From NCBI GenBank assembly GCA_965202585.1, contig OZ241831.1, forward strand, positions 14,818,001 through 14,882,000: 64,000 nucleotides of DNA. The letters are read 5' to 3'. This document shows, piece by piece, positions 56,574 through 64,000 of the stretch (the first letter of the stretch is position 1; each line of letters begins with the position of its first letter). The notes under the pieces are model-generated. The model did not search any database and had not been told where the DNA came from. It worked only from the letters and a program-made list of their open reading frames with translations. A program made the position numbers and the translations under genes. The stretch comes from Thalia democratica (lineage: Eukaryota).

Positions 56574-56767
56574 CTTGTTGTTCGAATGATTGTGCCAAGA
56601 TGCTCGCACAGCTCTGTATAAAACTCAAACCTAACCGCGTCGAACGAACAACTAATTTGCATATGTCGTAGCTGCTCTTTAATCTTGTCAAAATGTTTGT
56701 TTAGCAGTGTTGAAGAAATTTGATTTTGAAATGGGTGGTCCTAAAAAGGACCGAGTTTGCTAAATGT

Positions 56768-57112
<345 letters not shown>

Positions 57113-57268
57113 TTATTTATAAGCTGTTACGGACGCGTACGGTTACTACTAAACTAATTTGCATACTCAGAAAAGTCTCTAACTTACATTCTTTCGTTTG
57201 GTTTATTTTCTCTCACTATCAAACAAAGTTTAAAAGTGGCCCTGAAAAGGACCGGTTTTAGCTAATGC

Positions 57269-57776
<508 letters not shown>

Positions 57777-57837
57777 TCATTTTTTGTTAATATTTTGATT
57801 GAGTGGTCCTGAAAAGGACCTTGGGTAAAAGAACAAC

Positions 57838-58422
57838 TTATTTCTTGCAGCTCTTCTTGGTACTTGCCTTCTTAGATGCTTTTTTGGCTACCGGCTTCTT
57901 CTTGGTTACTTTCTTCTTCTTGCTTGCAGCTTTTTTAGATGCTGCCTTCTTAGGAGCACACTTTTTAGCAGGTCGCTTTTTGGCTGCTGGTTTTTTCGCT
58001 GCCTTCTTGGGAGCACACTTCTTTACTCGTTTCTTTGCTGCGGCCTTCTTTACTGCTGGCTTTTTAGCTACTTTTTTTGTCCTCTTCTTGGGACCAGCAG
58101 CTGGCATTGGAGCAAGCTTGAACGAGCCGGAAGCGCCTTTTCCAGTAGTCTGGAGAAAAGAACCTTTGGTCACGCCGCTGGTAAGTGCTCTCTTCAAGTG
58201 AGAATTAGAAGCTGAAAGGTCAAGCTTGTAGGTGTCCGCGATATATTTTTGTATCTTCTGGCGGGATGTACCTTTTCGTTCCTTCATTGCTCCCAGGGCA
58301 GAGCTAATCATCTCCCTGTAAGTCGGGTGTTCTGCCTTCTTGGCGCTTGGTCTCTTGGAAGACCTGGCCTTGGCTGCGGCCGCCGCTGCTACTGCTGGTG
58401 CTGCTACTGCTGTGGTAGACAT
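57838..58422 (-). CDS. H1: Linker histone H1, unit 7 (194 aa)
   Basis: Same protein as unit 4. Confidence 0.96.
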   Translation of the reverse strand: MSTTAVAAPAVAAAAAAKARSSKRPSAKKAEHPTYREMISSALGAMKERKGTSRQKIQKYIADTYKLDLSASNSHLKRALTSGVTKGSFLQTTGKGASGSFKLAPMPAAGPKKRTKKVAKKPAVKKAAAKKRVKKCAPKKAAKKPAAKKRPAKKCAPKKAASKKAASKKKKVTKKKPVAKKASKKASTKKSCKK

Positions 58423-61400
58423 TTTGTATGTATTTTAAAGCAACCGAAACAATACTTTTAGTAGTTACTGACTGTGACGAATTGACTGTTGAGCAGTTTT
58501 ACTTTGTGAAGTACCTTTTACTGATTGTTACGAGCATTAGCATGTGAGTTTAAAGCGCATATGCTCATAAAAGCATAGTTATTTTTTTACGAACGTCAAA
58601 AACATTCCAGTGACAAAGAAACCAGACTTAGCCTGGTCGGAAACAGAGTTTTTTTTAAAGCTTAGCTTTAAAGGTCCAGAAAAACAGTCTAAAAGTTACA
58701 GCACACCTCTGCATATAATGATATAAACCTCAAATGAAACAAAATATACTACTACACATCCGGTTTAGTTTTCTTCAGCTGCAAACTTAAAACTGTAAGA
58801 TTTTAGACAAGCACAAGTGTTTTTTTCCACTTCAAGCTTAAGTTAAGTTTTATTATTTTAATTTCATTCGGTTTTGTCAATTGTAAAACCCATGAAGTAT
58901 GTTTAACTTGATTACAACTTTAATTGTGCTGGTTAGTAAAAAGTAATTCATAAACAAACACAAGTATTTAATTTATGACACTTTACAAGTTATCATTACT
59001 TTAAGTATACTTATATTGAAAATGGCAGTACTAAACCACCTAAAAAAACTTAAGTACATAAGTTTTGAATTTGTTCTTCCACATACTAGTAACTTATCTT
59101 TTCAAAAATGTTCTGAACAGTAGCCATACAAAACTTGTTAAAAAGCTAGAAACTAATGTTTAACAAAGTTTGTTATATAAAACAGTCCCAACTAGTTACT
59201 AGTATTTCACAGTTAGAAAAATTTGAAGCAACTTTTTAAAACTGTTACACAGTTGTTTAGATTTTTTAACAACGTTTTATTTGTTATACTCAAAGCTGAA
59301 CTAAGAACTTTTTCTTTGTAGATTTCATGAAAAGAAAGCGAACAAATGGATTTGATCGTAACTTTCCAAAACAAGACGAAATAACTTACACTTAAATGAA
59401 TATCAGTACTGTTCACTTATGTTCAAAGAAAAGGACCGAAATTTCAATATGAAGTTTAAAAGAGTTGCTTATTTTGAGACGAAAAACTTTACTTAAAAAA
59501 AGAGGTTAGGCTAATTTTAAAAGTAGTATCAAGTAAGTAACGATCATAAAAAAAAATATCAGTGTTTCATAACTAATTTGAAAAACTAGATTGGATAAAC
59601 TTTTTTTTACATTCAGTACTCATAAACTTGCGATGTGTTTAAGAAAGTCTATTTGACAATCATTTGTTGGATTAGTTCTTCATACTTATTATGAAAGTTT
59701 CTAGTTTATCTTAAACATTTTCAATAATAAATGACACACTAACTAGACTGTCATTTAGTTGTAGACTTATTTTGTCTGTTGCTTTCATTTTGCTATTTAT
59801 ATAAAAGCCATAACTTTATTTTTTATAAGCGTTTCGTTCTGCTCTAGACTTTTAACAAATATTACTTGAAATAAACAGTTGCAGTAGTTTTTAGTTATCA
59901 AGTTGTCTCATACACAGTCTTCAATAAAGTTACAAAGCTGTTTACTTCTTTTCCTTTGCATAATGTTTCAGCTATTGGTTTTTTTACGCGTTGATGTTTT
60001 ATGTTAAAAATCCATAAGCAACTAAGTTTAATAAAACAAGTCTAAGATTTGTAAAAAAATTCAACTTTGCTATTCATGACAGTTGTACTGAAATTGAATG
60101 CTTTTTGGTCGTTTTTTTTCTTTAGAACAATCACTGTTGTTTACATTTATTTATGTTTGAAAATACATTTTGATAAGCATGATCAGTATAATTTTCATGA
60201 ATAAACCTCTACTGTTCAAGTATTTTTAAAAATAAAACGAAATTTATTAAAACTAACTGTTTTATTTTCATTCCATAATGAAATTACTTTTTATAGTGAC
60301 GTAGAACAAGTTTTAAAAATTAAGTTTAGTATTTATTAAATTAAAAAAAAGTCTACGAAGTAAGCATGGTTGAGAATTTTTTTTTGTCTAAATAAAGAAG
60401 TTAACAAGAAAAAGCCTTTGGACAACACGTTTAAGTTAGTTGAAGCTTTTTATGAAACATCAAATTACAACTAGTTTACAAAACTTATTCCACGATTTAG
60501 GCAATACTTTCAAAACATAAAACTAGCTCTCTTATCAAAAGTTGCTTAGAATGTCCAGTAAAAGTACAAAGGCAATAGTAAGTATGCATAACTAGGTGAC
60601 AAAAGAAAAGACAGAAAAAATATTATTTAGAAGTAAAATGTGTCATTCAACTAGCTCTAACTCTTACTTTTGATCCTTTACCACCACAAAGTTGGTTGAG
60701 TTGCACATTTTTGTTGTTTGTTTAACACTGCTTAGTAGACTTTAAAGCTGGTTAAATAAACTGGTTGTCCTGATTACATTAGATTAACTTGATAAAGCTA
60801 TAAGTAATGCTAGATCAACTAAAAGATGTAAGCTTTTTAAAGTTTTAATAGATTCGAAATGTTCTTTTTCGTTCATGTTGTGATGCATACATGTTGTTTT
60901 TTGTTTATGTATTTATGAGTTGTAATGCATGTTTTAAATGTGTTTTAGTTAAAGTTATTTTCTGAAACGATACAACATAAATTAGACCCAAAGCTAAACT
61001 AATTTTCAACTTGATAAATCTGTGAACAATTTGAGTTCAATAAAAAGCTTTTTAAAAAGAATTCGGTTGTAATACATGATGGTTGTTGTACTGAAATTGC
61101 AGTTTTGTTGATTTTTTTATTTTGGTTTGAACAGCTTCTGTTGTTAACTGTATTTTAAACTGTTTTATTTAGTTTGAGTTGCATTGTAATAAAAAGAAAT
61201 AATACATTTTAGAAACTACTGGTTTATTAGATTGTAATTGTTAATATCCAAAGTTAATTTTGTTTTATTATAATTTAATGTATTATTTTCATTTAAAATC
61301 TAATACTTTTTACAGTGACGTAGAACAGTATTTTTTAAATAAACTAAATACTTTTTTAATTTTACAAAAAGAAGTATACAAAATAAGCATAACGGGAATA

Positions 61401-64000
61401 AGTTTTGTTTAAAGAAAGAAGTTTACAAGAAAATCTTATGGACACAAAAATCAAGTTAGTTGAAGCTTTCTGCGAAACGTATATTTATTTGTAATGTAAC
61501 AGACTTAAGCAATGGTTTTTAAATGCAACTAGCTCCCTCCTCAAAAGTAGTTTAAAATGTCATGTAAGAGAACAAAAACAATTGTAAATACAAGTATGTG
61601 ACAAAAAGTTAAAACACAAAAGTATAAGTTAGAAGTAAACTGTTTCATACAAACATTCTAACTCACCTTTTACCAGCACAAAAAACAATAAGTTTGGTTC
61701 GTTTTTGTCGTCTAGTTAGAGCTTGTTTAATGCTGCTTAGTGGACATTGATATCTGGTTGAATCAGTTGGTGGTCCTTATCACTTTAGACTTATAACAGA
61801 AATGACTATAGACTGTAAAAGTCGTTTTAAGTCATCAAGTTGTCTCACATATAGTTGTAACAAGTAATACAAATGAGTGGTGACAAGCTGTTACTTCTTT
61901 TCCTTTCAGCTTATAAATTGAGTTCTTTCATGTATTCGACTAGTTAAGCAATTAAAAACAAACTAAATAGATGTCAGCTTTGTAAAATAAAAGTTTTAAT
62001 GATAAGCTTTCATCAATTATTTCAGCTATTTTTGTTTTGGTAAATCGCGTACTTGTTTATAGTGTTGTTTTTCTTTGAACAATCGATGTTGTTTACATTT
62101 ATGTATTTTAATGTATGATTTTTAAATTACTATGCATGTTTATAATCGTGTTTTAGTTGTAATTAAACTATATTTTTAGTGAAACAAATATTGTTTGTTG
62201 TTAACAATTGAAAACATACTTTGTTGATAAACCAAAGTAAGTTTTATTCTTATTACTACTTAAGTGTACTATTTTCATTGAAAAATATAACTAGTTTTTT
62301 AAGTGACGTAGCGTAACTTTTTTTAATAAGTTAAAAAACAAATAATTGTTGAATGTTTAAGAAAAGTCCACAAAGTAAGAACGATTAAGATAGAGTTCTT
62401 AGAAAAAAAACATATCAAGAAGAAAAAGACATCCAAGTTAGTTAATTATGTTAAGCATTCAATTACAGTAGGCAATAAATTAAGGATTATAGCAGTGATC
62501 ACACTAGTTTACATCGCAAAAGTTAGATCAAAAATAATGTAAAAGTAGAGAAATCACAGCAAGCTTAACTGTTCAATTAATAATGGAAAGCGATAAAATA
62601 TAGTTTGGAAGTAAACAGTGTTGTTCAGAGTTCTTTGATCCTTTATCATCACAAAGTAGATTTAGTATGTAAATTTGTGTCATTGAGTTTAGTACACATT
62701 AGAAGCTTGCATCAATGACTGGTGATCCACGTAAGCTTTAGACTCATGGAAAATACAAAGAAAAAACAAATGATTTTTGGAGTTGTCTCATATACAGTAT
62801 AAAAAAGAGATCAAGTTGTTCATTTTTTCTTTTGTATCATGTTTTTATGTGTCGACGTTTTTGTTTGATAGAGCCACAAACAATTTGAGTTCAACGAAAC
62901 AAGTTTAAATATTTGTAAATATTTCAACTGTACTCTTAAACTATTGTTGTACTGAAACTGTATGTTTGTTTTGAACAGTCGCTGTTGTATACATTAATGC
63001 ATTGTACAACTTTCAATCTGCTTTTTATGGTTTCAGTTGCATTCTAACTAACAAGACTAGTATACTTTGAAAAATTAAACCTCAGTTTAATTCTTATCTT
63101 TGACTAAAGTGTTTTTGATATCAATACAAATTCAAGTTTTCTTCTCATTATAATCAACTGAAATTTGAATTTGAAAATTTAACAAATTTTTTCAGTGACA
63201 TGGTATTATTTTAGATATTTCATTTATAAAACTTATTTTGATATTAAAAATAACATTGTCTGTTTGAAAAACTTGTCCACAAAGTAAGCATGAATAAGAA
63301 TAAATTTTGTTTAATATACCTATTGAAAAACATTTTTACCTAACATTCAAATACTATTAAGAAAGGAAAACAGATAAATATTATCATTTAGAAGTAAAAT
63401 GTTTAGATACATAAGTAACTGGTTAAATCAGTTGGTGGTCCTTATTATTTTAGATTTATAACCAACATAACTTAGAACAAGCAATTAGAGTTACTTTAGG
63501 TCATCAAGTTGTCTAACACCTAGTCTAAACAAGTAACTTTACCATGAAAATAATAAAACAAGCATTTTTTAACCGTGTTTAAGCTAATGAATTGGTTTGT
63601 ATCATAGGGTGATGTTTTGGCTTGAAATGATATCTTAAATAAGCTAAATAGATGTCAGCCTTGTAGGTGGGAATACTTAAATGTGTTTGAAATTCACATT
63701 TGTTATCTTTTGTTCTGAACTTTTATTTCTATTTATATACTTATAACTTTTTAAAACATTTTACATGGTTTCAACTGCATTTAAGTTGATAAAAAGAAGA
63801 CGTTTAAAAGTTAAACCTTTGTTGTGTTGCTGATAATCAACAACAACTTAAAAATGTAACAAAAACTAAGGTTTTTTTTTGTTATAAGTTGAGTATACGT
63901 TACTGTATTATCTTTTTTTAAACACTTATTTACTGAATGTTTTAACAGAAATTCAACAAATGAACAAGAAGTTGTATAGAAAAAAAAAGTTCACGGACAA

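Overview
Eukaryotic, AT-rich tandem array of replication-dependent histone genes, probably from an invertebrate animal; the species cannot be assigned from sequence alone. Seven gene quintets lie on the minus strand in the order H1-H3-H4-H2A-H2B. They are intronless and each gene ends in a canonical histone 3' stem-loop. The H2B-to-H2B periods are 8185, 8190, 9414, 8611, 8611 and 8581 bp. Three spacer architectures occur. Type A (first three spacers) carries a 5S rRNA-like gene on the + strand but lacks a 249-bp and a ~1.03-kb block. Type B (23220-29870) is the full-length form. Type C (last four spacers) has lost the 5S through an 853-bp deletion. All four 5S copies are identical and share two lesions in the box A and helix II/V region. 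Three of seven H3 genes are frameshifted, whereas the other 28 histone ORFs are intact. The spacer is built from diverged ~0.7-1.0 kb subrepeats carrying a conserved AGTGACGTAG motif. All four core-histone promoters share the octamer-containing 12-mer CTAATTTGCATA. I see no prokaryotic-type system, transposase or CRISPR array. All comparisons were made by eye.
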